In this document: positions 12,901-23,558 of the stretch, in pieces | How positions within the stretch are numbered: position 1 is the first letter of the stretch | Layout: the number at the start of each line of letters is the position of its first letter | Source of the DNA: Styela clava | Lineage: Eukaryota | Direction of reading: 5' to 3' | Assembly: GCF_964204865.1 (NCBI RefSeq) | Contig: NC_135254.1 | Span: forward strand, 4,402,001-4,466,000 | Length of the DNA: 64,000 nucleotides | Notes under the pieces: model-generated | Seen by the model: the letters and a program-made list of their open reading frames with translations, nothing else | What the model was told of the DNA's origin: nothing | The model's database searches: none | Program-made: the position numbers and the translations under genes

Positions 12901-13919
12901 GGTTCGGATGCCATGGTGGTAAACTACAGATTACTGTTATGCTAGTTAGTGGTTCAAAATACCAGGCAATTGAAATGATAAACTACTTGTTACCTATCTC
13001 CTAATACCTGTCCTGGCATCTTAATTAATAATACTCTGCACAATTAGGCTTTATGGCAGGGGTGGGCAAAATTTTTTAGTATAAGAGCCGCATGTAGCAA
13101 GTCAGAAATATGTGAGAGCCGCATAATTTTTGAAATTAATAATATTAGAACGTAAGATTAGTCGTTTGACCGATTTAAATTAAATTCCACGCTACGATTT
13201 TCATACTAAAACAGAATTTGTCTTAATCATAGTAGAAAACTTCGTTCAACCGCATAATGATTTAAAAACTGTTGCGCTACAGTTTCTCATAGTTAAATTT
13301 GGATAATATATTACTATTGCTAGCGAGAAGAGCCGCATAAAAACCCTGGCGAGTCACATGCGGCTCGTGAGCCGCTGTTTGCCCGTTGCTTTATGGGCTT
13401 ATCTCTCCCCCCAGTAAAAATATGAAAATCCTGTACATTATTAATATACATTTAACTGAGTTACAATTGAGTGGCAAGGCTTTTCATATAGATTTAAAAT
13501 TCTATTCTACAAGGATATCAATAAATAATATTACATAAAATTACTGTCTTTGAGTATGCAAAATTATTTCAGTCAATATCATGTATTTCAGCATAAATGA
13601 GAGTTTTGATAATATCATAGTTTAATCATATATTACGGCACCGTTGCTTGATAACCAATATTACTAATTTTGTGTTGACCGTCATCCTGAAATGCCTTTT
13701 TTACATTGTGTATGCACAGTGTATTTTTAGCATTATGAAAAAGTGAACACTAATAACTGATAAATCCCAATATTCAAAAATGAGAACTTACTTGACTTTC
13801 TGTTCCACCACTCTCTTAGGAGTTGGCCCATAAGATCCATGGTTCACAAAAGCACATGATTTATCCAAGAGAAACTCATCCTTCATTTCATCTCCAAACT
13901 TTACGTCTTTCAAATCCAT
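6950..13919 (-). CDS. PLP-dependent aminotransferase class V / C-S lyase (Egt2 hercynylcysteine sulfoxide lyase / CefD / L-cysteine desulfhydrase-like), isoform with terminal exon A, 407 aa
   Basis: Exons 13919-13792, 11936-11794, 11429-11313, 10593-10480, 9864-9712, 9146-8938, 7711-7563, 7160-6950; all GT-AG and frame-consistent. Motifs FVNHGSYG, NVTTG, DHITS, LIDGAH, ANFHKW (PLP Schiff-base Lys), GTRD, IRVSANIYN. Confidence 0.9.
8254..8697. mobile_element. Foldback MITE with long TIRs
   Basis: GGGTCTAGTATAGTTTAGTACCACA / TGTGGTACTAAACTATACCAGACCC plus inner inverted repeats (CCTAACCCCACCTGACTA / TAGTCAGGTGGGGTTAGG). Confidence 0.75.
10790..10901. repeat. Short palindromic repeat family (CCAAGATGGCG / AACCCTAACCTGGTACAC core)
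   Basis: ~110-bp hairpin element. Related copies at ~19350, 21980-22180, 40338, 42700-42895, 43460-43670, 45377-45482, 45720-45860, 48836-49065 and 59352-59461. Confidence 0.7.
11038..11247. mobile_element. Tc1/mariner-type MITE
   Basis: TA-CAGGGTGTCCA ... TGGACACCCT-A; second copy at ~41455-41657. Confidence 0.7.
11579..11740 (-). mobile_element. 5'-truncated SINE copy
   Basis: AGGATTTACATATTTATCCCGGGGGAGAGGAAAG... is the reverse complement of the SINE 3' end. Confidence 0.8.
12011..12329. mobile_element. hAT-type MITE (same family as 3919-4203)
   Basis: CAGGGGTTCTC / GAGAACAACTG termini; perfect 8-bp TSD TTCTAGAG. Confidence 0.85.
12513..12830. mobile_element. hAT/Charlie-type MITE
   Basis: TIR CAGGGGTGGGCAA / TTGCCCACCCCTG; TSD GCTTGGTG / GCTTGGGG. 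Confidence 0.8.
12842..12899. repeat. Perfect 29-bp tandem duplication
   Basis: AGGAGCTCACAGGGTTAAGATGATTTATC twice. Confidence 0.9.
13057..13388. mobile_element. hAT/Charlie-type MITE
   Basis: CAGGGGTGGGCAAA left end, partly deleted right end, TSD CTTTATGG on both sides. Confidence 0.75.
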
Positions 13920-15140
13920 ATTTCCAATGCGATACCAAAAGATAGATTAGAAAATTTAGATATTACTTTGATCTAAATAAGTAATAAATTGCTATAATAT
14001 CACATCACAACAGAGAGAGAAATTTTGAATACACTGATAAAGTATTTTCTGCATGGTTCAAATATAAAATATATTATGTTTTATTTTTTTTACACAAGAT
14101 TTGACCCCAGGAAGTAATGACCCAGAAACTATTCAAGCATCATTGATTCCCAAAGGTGAAATAGCTTTCAATTCAGGTTTAATCAAAACAAGATTGCCCT
14201 CACGAGAAATTAGATTAGAGATAGAAGAGTAGCAGACAGCCACTGACACTTGTTACTCACATAATGATTTTTAAGTGTTTGTTTTCCATATAAGCTCCAA
14301 TAAAAACGGACAGTGAAATTGCTTCTCTGTTGGTTAGTTAGCAACAATATGCACTAATAATTTTATGTGCGTAAAAAAAGACTCCAAGAAGCAAGAAAAA
14401 ATAAAATAATAGCCGCCCAATAAGACAGCCCCCCCTAAAATCAGGTCAAAAAATTGGGTCGAGAGAAGCGACTTAATAACCAGGAAATACTGTTTATTGG
14501 TATAATCTTGGATAACTATCTTGACTGAAACACAAACTAAAACTTGCTGCTAAAATAAGTTGACTATTGCACAAAACAAAAACAAAAAAAATTAATCACG
14601 AATAACTTGTGCACAGGAATCACAAAAAAACTGCAAGTCTAAGTTCCTAGTAAAAAACCTAGAGAAGTTTTAGGTTTCTAAATAAAGTATTCAATATGGC
14701 CAAGAATTCGATGCAGTATAAAAAGAGCATGTTGGTTGTCCCGAATTGGCTTCCTACGTAACAAAAGTAAACTAGACCTTAAGACTGAGGTTTTATAGAA
14801 TTGCTTTAATATGATCTTCATTTTAGTCCAGAAAAAGAGGGCTTAATCATATGATAGTAAGTGAGTCTATAGTCTCGTCACCGGGTCGAGAATTACTAAA
14901 CAGTCCGATGCAAAAAATAGGGGGTAACAAAGAGGTGTCGGCTAATTGATTTGGATTCTAACACAAGCCTTTATTACCTAGACTTGCATACACATATTGT
15001 GAAAAATAGAAAAATGAGTATGAGGAACCACTTTCTAATATCAATCTCAAGTAGTTTGGATTATTTTTGTGTTGTAGAGGCAAAGAAAATCCAATCAATT
15101 CATCCTTTCATCGGCGAGGAATTCGTGCAATCTTTTCCCA

Positions 15141-15809
15141 TTATTGCAGAATATTTCTACTCTCAAAGACTTTATCCCGTTGGCTTTTTAGTTGTCGCTT
15201 CCACTCTACTTGTGCGTTTGTTAGTCGATTCATCATCATAGAACTTGTAGAACTATGCTGCCTCCGATGGCTGCGAAAGCGCATATTTTCGGCAGTTTCA
15301 GATGAAGTCGAGGGTCGATCTTCACTGACTAAATTCTGAGTTTCAACTCCTTGTTCTCGATTCCGCTTTTTACCGATAAAATCAACTAATCCAACAATTG
15401 CCAAATATGAGAATAATATTCCAATTAAAATCAGATACATCAGGACAACAACCTCCATAGTCTTAGTGCTTCGTACTTCATATTTACACTGACACAAGAG
15501 GCAGTATTGTTCCAGCATTACGCCAGATATATTTGCCCAATTCAATTCCGGAACGACAACATCTAAACAGTTACATTTTTCTTGAACTGCATCTTTTGTA
15601 TAAACCTTTCTCGGAATATTGAGAGCAATAAGTTGTTTGCAAGTGCAGCGACACCGAATGTCATTGAATTTTGCTTCTGCCGATATCTCACATAAAAGGT
15701 TACAAATAGTGAGTAAAAATAAAGTTAGTAACGACCCCTTAATAGTAGGCAACATGATTATTTGTCCGTTTAATACTATATCTAAAATATTCTGAGAAGA
15801 TGAAAACAT
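15141..15809 (-). CDS. TMEM9: Transmembrane protein 9 family (TMEM9/TMEM9B)
   Basis: Single-exon ORF: signal peptide, FNDIRCRCTC, CNCLDVV, YCLLCQCKYEVRS, one TM helix, C-terminal QVEWKRQLKSQRDKVFESRNIL. Start at ATG 15809 or ATG 15755. Confidence 0.88.
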   Translation of the reverse strand: MFSSSQNILDIVLNGQIIMLPTIKGSLLTLFLLTICNLLCEISAEAKFNDIRCRCTCKQLIALNIPRKVYTKDAVQEKCNCLDVVVPELNWANISGVMLEQYCLLCQCKYEVRSTKTMEVVVLMYLILIGILFSYLAIVGLVDFIGKKRNREQGVETQNLVSEDRPSTSSETAENMRFRSHRRQHSSTSSMMMNRLTNAQVEWKRQLKSQRDKVFESRNILQ

Positions 15810-16026
15810 TGTCAAGCAATGATACTAAATAAAGAATCAAGAATCCGGTATTCATTTTCACCAAGTAAAAATGTGTCTATGTGCCTAATTAGGTAACAAA
15901 CAAATCAAAATTATATACAAAGAGGTATGATATTACTGAATTACAACACCATTTGCAAATTTATATAGTTTTTATTAATTTTTAGACGCAGAAGCTTTAG
16001 AAATAGGATAAGATTTACATGTTATA

Positions 16027-17067
16027 CCCGGAGACCAGTCTGGATTTCATGGCCTTTTTGAACGAGAAATCGGGCGTGCAATCAGAAATTCCCGCGTGCA
16101 AATAAGAATTCCTGGCGTGCAATTATAGCTCACGACGTGCAAAACAACTGCACTCGCGTGCAACTGACTTTGACATCAGATACCTCTCAATACATCCGCG
16201 TAAAATTACCGGTATCGGATAAAAAAATACGTTGAATCAGAGAAAAAATGGACGTTTGACCTTTGACCCCAAACATTATTTCTACAGTTTGTCGCTAATT
16301 TTGAGAGTGTTTGTGCGACTTTGGATACCGGTACTGTTCAGTACATCCGCGTAAAATTATTGGATAAAAAATACGTTGAACCAGAGCAAAATGGACATAC
16401 TTTGTCATTAATTTTGGTAGTGTTTTTACGTAGAATTAATGGATAAATAATACGTCAAATTAGAGCAAAATGGAAGTTTGATTTTTGACCCCAAACATTA
16501 TTTTCATACTTTGTCACTAATTTTGGGAGTGTTTGAGCAACTTTAGATACCGGTACTGTTCAGTACATTCGTGTAAAATTATTGTATGAAAAATACGCTG
16601 AATCAGAGCCGTACTTGGCCATTGGTGCGGAGGCGATCTTTTCGTCCATAACTATTCTCACGGGATTCCTATTTCCTATCATTCAACACGATATGAACCT
16701 TTCCCCGAGCATCGACTTCCTTGTTTACTTCGTGACATTGGCCAATCAGCAAGATGCAAAAAAGGACGTAACAATGAGAGGAATTTTTCGCGGGTCAAAG
16801 GTTGGGGAAAGGTCCATGGTCTTTTTGCTTCGCAATATTTCGATCAGACCAAATCTTGCAAGCTGGTATTTGTCGACAATTGTGGAGTTATAATATTTTG
16901 GCATCTTTATATTACTGGATTATTGATTTTAAAACTATTTAAACCGATTTACATTGGTGAGCAATTGCAAATTTTCGGCGTGCAAAATTGATTTCGCTCG
17001 CGTGCATTTTTGCGGAGCGCTAGCGCCCTCGGGCGTGCACCTGCCATGGAATCCAGTCTGGCCCGGA
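16027..17067. mobile_element. Non-autonomous TIR element with internal tandem repeats
   Basis: Imperfect TIRs CCAGTCTGGATTTCATGGC / GCCATGGAATCCAGTCTGG, repeated CGTGCAA subterminal motifs, 3-4 internal ~90-155 bp repeats (16180-16610). Confidence 0.6.
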
Positions 17068-17149
17068 GATACAATCAATTTTTTTTTGGTCACTCTGAAA
17101 GAAACAAAACAACAACAAACAGACAAACAAAATGCAGAGGACCTGGGCA

Positions 17150-17950
17150 TAACTTAATAGAAAAGTTAAAAAACAGACGAGTGCGTGCCCGTCCACCAAA
17201 AACAGTCAAAAGAAAACAATAAAATCAAGACACGATGTAAAATCGAGCGATATCTTTCAAATTAATTCTTATGCGTGATTACAGAAAAAATTGATTGATC
17301 AGTGAAATTTTTTTACAAAACAAAAGTTAATCATGAGAAAATGAACTAGGCTATGTACAGTATGTGAGAAAGTGGCATGCATAGACTTGCTACAACAGAC
17401 AGAATCGTTAAAGCAGACATGTACAATTACAACCGTCTGCACTCCCGAAGGTAACAGGCATTCAACTTCTTATTTACAAAAATGTACCGGTAATGATTTA
17501 GAGCTTGCATTCTTGTGCGGCTGTTTTTGAGAATGATACCGGTAGCCTACATAAAATAATAACCTCCAGTCGAACGCTACCGGTACCGTACCGGTGCCGG
17601 GTACGGTATGCTGTGAAATGTAACTGAACTGTACCGGTAACTGTTCTCCATTCTGCACCCGATTCATTCTGGTAATTATGAATCAGTATCTCTTTGTATC
17701 GCAGTGTCAGCCTCCTAAGAGCCTTGTTTAAAATAAAAAAGGACAAAGCCCGTGTATAAAAAAAAACAGGCTATTCCAAATATCTTCTCAAAGCCCCGTT
17801 TGATCCCAAACTGTATTCGCGCAAAAGTACCTCAATTCGCGCAAATCTTCCAAAATGTTTTTATCATTTCGATCAAAGTCCTTATATTTCGATCGGCTGC
17901 TGGCGCCTCGAGAAGAAAGTGGTTGATAATGTGGTTAACTGGGGAAGAAG
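17150..17950. promoter_or_regulatory. Probable divergent promoter region between TMEM9 (-) and FGFR1OP2 (+)
   Basis: Locally CpG-rich, non-repeat stretch between head-to-head genes; no TSS data. Confidence 0.4.
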
Positions 17951-18385
17951 CCGTCTATATTGTTTTATTGCAAATTTATAATAAATGTTATCATAAACAA
18001 AAATACCTGAAACATTCACCCACTCGTGAAAACTTTTAAAAGGTCAGTTCACCATGAACGATTTGTGGGAATAATACCGTTAGTGGCGATAGAGATACAT
18101 TCTTTGTTTCCTCAAGTTACCAAATTTATGCCTGATGTCCTACATTCAGACCGTCATTTTTCTTATTTTATTGCTAAAAATGCATTTTCAATACATTTTT
18201 TTGGATAACTGTATTTTAGAGCAAAATATCTTTAGTTATATCATATATCTTGTTTTAAGTTATCAACATAGAAAACGATTTTTTGCAAAAAGTAAATTTA
18301 AAATCTGGCATATTGAAAAAGAAAAAAGGGTATTTTTTGAAGAGCAATCAGTCTAGTTTCCTTGTACATCGACTAGTTTGCAAAA

Positions 18386-21300
18386 ATGAATATCACCATC
18401 GAGTCGTTGCTTGCGGACGCTAAATATCTTGTTACAAGATTGAAGGTAGAGTATTTCAATGTTTTGACAGTTAATAAAGGCTTCTACATATAATTCAATC
18501 CTCTTGAGGCAGACTTCCGGCTTTTTTACTGATTCAGGTTTTGATATTTATCCCTGGGAAGGGAAAGTCAATAACTGGCTGACTAATCCCATACCCGACA
18601 TGGACTGGTAACCGGACGAGAGACTGTGGTTTGCCATATGATTAAGCCATGCTATTGTCTTTCTTCTCCCCCCCCCCCGAGATAAAAATGTAAATTCTAT
18701 CAGTCTATCCTAGTCCTAAGAAAGCTTAATTACATGGCGAACCACAGTCTCTTGTCTGGTTCGCGGGCCATATTGGATATGAAGCTCATTCAACCAGTTA
18801 TTAGTTTTCAGATGCATGGACTTGATTGTGTGGTAAGCTGTAACAGACCAGCGGTCACATGAACCGTTCTGTTTCTTCAGATATTAGAATACTGACTTGT
18901 GGCTATTGTATGTCAGTTCATGTAAAGGCTGGTTTGTTACTGCTTACTCCAATGTCCAAGAGCAGAAGTGCGAGTACCTGTAATGTTGAACTATAAATTA
19001 ACTTACGTTGATCAGTATTATAGTAGACTAATAGTGAAAAATATTGGTATGTCTGTATATGTATGTATGTATGTTTACTAATATATCAAATTCCTTCTCT
19101 GTTGGGAAAATTGTGATGTCATAGTCTTTCGAATCATTCTAAACCACTAAAAGGCCCTGTGAATGTACTAGTTAAATTAGTGATTTCTAATCTTCTCTCC
19201 TGGTCAGACCCAAGTATAATTTTATTAGTTTGAAAGCCACGAGCATCTAAAAATCTTTTGAAAGTTATTGCACCCTGGATTATGAACCAACTAAGTGATA
19301 TTTCGATCAGCCAGGGTTTATGCGGGCCACACAATTGAAACAAATTTTGGTACTCCTGTAGTATGTGAACCAAGATGGCGGAGCCAACATGCTTCTGGAG
19401 GTCACAAATTTTCAGTGCTTTCTAGCATGCACTATCGAAAGATTATTCTTTTATTTTCATCTATTATCCCAGGATCATGACAGCGCTGCTGAAAGTCTTG
19501 CCGAACAGGCTTCAACTCTCAAGAAAGAGATGGAAGCGAGAAACACATATCAAGAAAATTTGATTGAACTGAACAAAGTTGCTGGACACAGACCAAGGTC
19601 TACTTTAGTCTTAGGTAAGACAAATTTTTAAAAGAACCAGTGCTAGCTTTGCTCATGTTTTTAATGTGATATTTTTTATGATTATCTTTGCTTGCCTGTA
19701 TGATATTTCCGGACATGACGTGATCGTTTTTTTATCTTGTACTGAAATTTCAATTCGAAATTGGTAATTAAGAATTAATTATCTTAAATTAGTGGTTATA
19801 AGGAAGTGGTGGAAGTTATTATTAGTTTGGAATAGAAAAAAATGTAAATATTGTAAAAATGTATAAACCAGTGGTTCCCAACTTTTTTTGGTTTGCAACC
19901 TCCTTTGGTGGTTTACACATACCTCGCGACCCTCTGCCTCACTTTCTGTACTTTCCAATAAAATAAGCGGTAAAGTGAATATTGTGTAATTTAATTTTTC
20001 ATCAAGCTGCAGCTGTGATGGCTGGCATTGAAACCGCGTAGCCAACTGCGTAATTCGTGGTTTGAGTTTTTGACAAAGCTAATCTCAAGATGTATGATAA
20101 TCTTCACAAACTACAAGCCTACCCTGCAGTAGACCCCTTGGTATTGAAATCCTGTTCCACAGCATTGCTTCGAAGCCTGTGTGTTTACCGCGTCACGGCG
20201 CGGAAATGCAGACGAGTTCGTGTGGCGTCACAATGGTTAACATGCCATATACAACTCGCGCAGCTTGCCTCTTTCGGAGGCAAACGAGAGTCAATTCCAG
20301 ACTTCTTCTCGTTCTATTGGCAATATTTAACCTAGAGCTTTGTACTATTTTCTACTGTTTGGCAAGACCTTCGCGACCCCCTTGAAAACCCGCCCCGTCT
20401 CCAGGTTGGAAACCACTGTTTTAAACAAATGTGGATCTCAAATAATACTTCTGATAAAAAAAAAATTATGTTTGCTAAATTCACACTTTTATCTTCAAGG
20501 TATTCAGCAAGAAAATAATGCAATTCGGTCCCTACAACATGAGAATGATGAATTGCGACAAAGTTTGACCGACCACCAGAACGCATTGGAACTTATCATG
20601 ACTAAGTACAGACAGCAGATGATGAAGTTCACTAAGCACCAAAAGTATGTGGATCTTGTCAATGTATTTCATAATCTCAGTGAGAGGAAAGTCTGATTAA
20701 ATACATTTAATGCTGATAAATACATTTATTCCATTTATACTCAAGTCCATGCCCACAAAAACTAATCCCATACCTGAGGACATGGTTAGCCATATGATCA
20801 AGCTGTCTTATTGTCTTTTCCCTTCTCGTGGATGAATATTTAGGCTATTTTCTATCCTAATGTTGAAAAATAATAATGAACTTTCAATTGGCTTAAAATA
20901 TCAAAATCAATCAACTGTGACTAGAACCACTGGTTATAAACCAGTGGATTTTGAGTTGGGCCACAGAACTGATAAAAATTGCTAGTTTTATTTATATTAC
21001 AATAGTTAGTTTTGATTTTAGCTACAATCAATGACAATGCTGTTTACTGCTAATAGGTGGTAATTCCAATTCAAATAAAAAACGTTGAAGTGCCAGTTTT
21101 CGCAGAAAGATCTTGATTTCACTTCCAGTTTTCCCCTTGCAATAAAAAAGTTAATGGGCCACAAGAATATTTGGGCAATAAAAATGGGCCATGAAAGAAA
21201 AAAGATTGAGGACCACTGGTAGACAGCATTTATAATTTTATTTATATCTTCCACTTTCAGCATCCAGATCACTGAAAATGCTTATCAAGCAGAAAAACAA

Positions 21301-21919
21301 TATCAAGAAGAGAATATGGAGCTAATTGATAAGGTACTTTTAATTTTATAGTAGAAAAGATGAGCATCCTGATTAATCAAGATCAGTATATTATATATTT
21401 GCCCTGCAGGTGTACAAGCAGACACTACGCACTAATATCTGACGATATGTAATGAGCTACTAATATTTGAAGGACGGGACTCTTTCTTACTTGGCAATCT
21501 TGTCATTGTTAATGCTGCAGGTTTGACAAGAAATATTCAAGCACACAAATTCGACCACATGGTGGCGCTGAAGATTCAAGTTATTTCAAAACAAAAAAGG
21601 GTTGCAGTTTTATCTAACAAACATTGTTTATCTTTCTATGTTCCAGATTCACGAGATGGCTGCTGTGATGAGGCATGCTGCGGATGTCGACGATGAGCAA
21701 TATATCAGAGATTACGAAGAATTATCCCGATTGCAAACAGAAAATGACATTTTAAGAGAAATGCTGATGATATCTAAGAGTTCATTTGGATCAAGACTTA
21801 TAACCACTGAACAGAAAGATTCTGGAAAGACTGACAAACCAGAATATGAATCTGAAATGGTGCTCACTGACGATACTACTAGTGATAAGACAGTTATACA
21901 TGAGGGGGAATCCCCCTAA
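18386..21919 (+). CDS. FGFR1OP2: FGFR1 oncogene partner 2 / SIKE family coiled-coil protein (STRIPAK-associated), 230 aa
   Basis: Exons 18386-18445, 19473-19614, 20500-20644, 21261-21333, 21647-21919. MNITIESLLADAKYLVTRLKDHDSAAESL, HRPRSTLVLGIQQEN, LELIMTKYRQQM and IHEMAAVMR match the family. Confidence 0.9.
18530..18870. mobile_element. SINE fragments in opposite orientations in FGFR1OP2 intron 1
   Basis: CTAATCCCATACCCGACATGG...CCGGACGAGAG (+) followed by ATGGCGAACCACAG...GCATGGACTTG (-). Confidence 0.65.
19869..20418. mobile_element. hAT-type MITE in FGFR1OP2 intron 2
   Basis: CAGTGGTTCCCAAC / GTTGGAAACCACTG; TSD GTATAAAC / TTTTAAAC. Confidence 0.75.
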
Positions 21920-22321
21920 CACTACTCCCCAGACAGTTATTTTATTACAATAGGGAGGACGTTTATGTTCCTTCGAAGGGTACTCCCGTAGTATGTGTGT
22001 ACCAGGTTCATAATTCATTCAGATTTTTCTTATTTTAGTTTTATTTTGAGTTCGGGACTGTCTGTGTTAGCCAAGTGGATATACCCCTTGCCCATAGGTT
22101 TCAGTCCCTTTTCACAACTTGATGTAATGTAAGCGAACAAAATTAGTTACCTCCATATTGGTACACATACTTCCGGAGCGCCCCTTACTCTTGTTATTCC
22201 TTGTGTTTCTATCGAAACTCAGTACTAAGGAAATATATCTGGTTCATACAAAGTACTCTGCACAAGACTGTAGGCTGTCCAGGGGTTTTGCAGGTTTGTA
22301 TTGAAATCCTGTAGTCTATAT

Positions 22322-22633
22322 CAGGGCTACTCAACTGGGGGCCGCGGCCCGATTTCGGACCTTTCGGGTATTTGATCCGAACGCATAATTCTTCATTTTG
22401 GATCATTAGCCCACTTTTGAAGTTCATTTTATAAAATCACTTTTATAGATTTAAAAATATATATGAAAAGAACTATAACACCATAACAAACAATCTTGAT
22501 TACCTAATAATCATTAGTCGGCCGAGGAATCGTGTGCTTGAGGATGCCGAAATATAATGTCTGGAAAGTCCGGATCCAGATATTTTTGAAGTTTTGTATG
22601 CGGACCTCCGGTAAAAACAGTTGAGTAGCCCTG
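22322..22633. mobile_element. hAT-type MITE
   Basis: Perfect TIR CAGGGCTACTCAACTG; perfect TSD GTCTATAT; absent from the paralogous site ~44370. Confidence 0.9.
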
Positions 22634-22729
22634 GTCTATATTATTACATTTATCTTGTTTAAATATAATTAAATACACGGATATAATATAATGAGTGTGT
22701 TTCATGAGAGACTTTCATTTTCTCTACAT

Positions 22730-23016
22730 TAGAGCTAAGATCAATTCCGGCCCAGGCCCGTGGGTATGGAACCCGACCGGTGTCCGACTAATTAACTGGA
22801 TTTGCAGGCCCGAGCCCGAAGCAAACCCGAAATTTTATATTTTAATCAGGAGATCTCTGAATTGTCATTGCAAGAGTGTCGTGTTGATGGGGCAACTTCT
22901 GTTTTTTGCAGACCACGGTCTTTCGTGGCAAAAACGCTTCTTTTAACAAAAAAGTCAGCGACAGAACAGCCAGACCCGGCTCGAATTCCGGGTTCAGGCT
23001 TCAGATCTTAGCTCTA
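22730..23016. mobile_element. hAT (TAGAG-ended) MITE
   Basis: TIR TAGAGCTAAGATC; perfect TSD CTCTACAT; empty paralogous site ~44445. Confidence 0.9.
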
Positions 23017-23156
23017 CTCTACATCAAATTTCCGTTTCACATTTTTTGATTGTCATATTATAATGTATATTCAGTTACACAGGGGTTCTTAAGCCTTTGA
23101 AATGTTTATTGGGGTTCCTCTCCTTCAATTAAGGTTGAAAAATCTTTGCTCTAGAC

Positions 23157-23558
23157 CATGGGTGTGCAACCTTTTTTATTGGCGGGCCAAATACAAGTAA
23201 CTGGATGAAGCCGCGGGCCGCAACTTTATTTAATTTAGGCTTTCTGGTAGTTAGTTGCAAGCACAAAAATTGCCTATATTTGCTATTGATCTTACGGCAT
23301 TAATAGGGGTTCTTGCAGAAATAGTAGATTTAAAACGCATAAACTTCTGAAGAAACTGCTATTTAAATTTTTTGTTACACCGACTTTAAACGAATGCAGT
23401 GAGAAACACGTTTTTGTAATATAAATCGTGTATTTTGCTAGCTCGTTTTGCTAATATGACTGGTATGGGCTTTGTGACGAAAAAGAATAAATACTCGTTT
23501 TGCGGGTACACCATTCGAAATTGTTATTTCTCCGCGGGCCGCAGTTTGCACACCCCTG
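23157..23558. mobile_element. hAT/Charlie-type MITE
   Basis: CATGGGTGTGCAA / TTGCACACCCCTG; perfect TSD CTCTAGAC; empty paralogous site 44553-44560. Confidence 0.9.

Noticed and set aside
16180-16610. CRISPR-like repeat array
   Set aside because: Eukaryotic context; degenerate tandem units inside a TIR element with no unique spacers.
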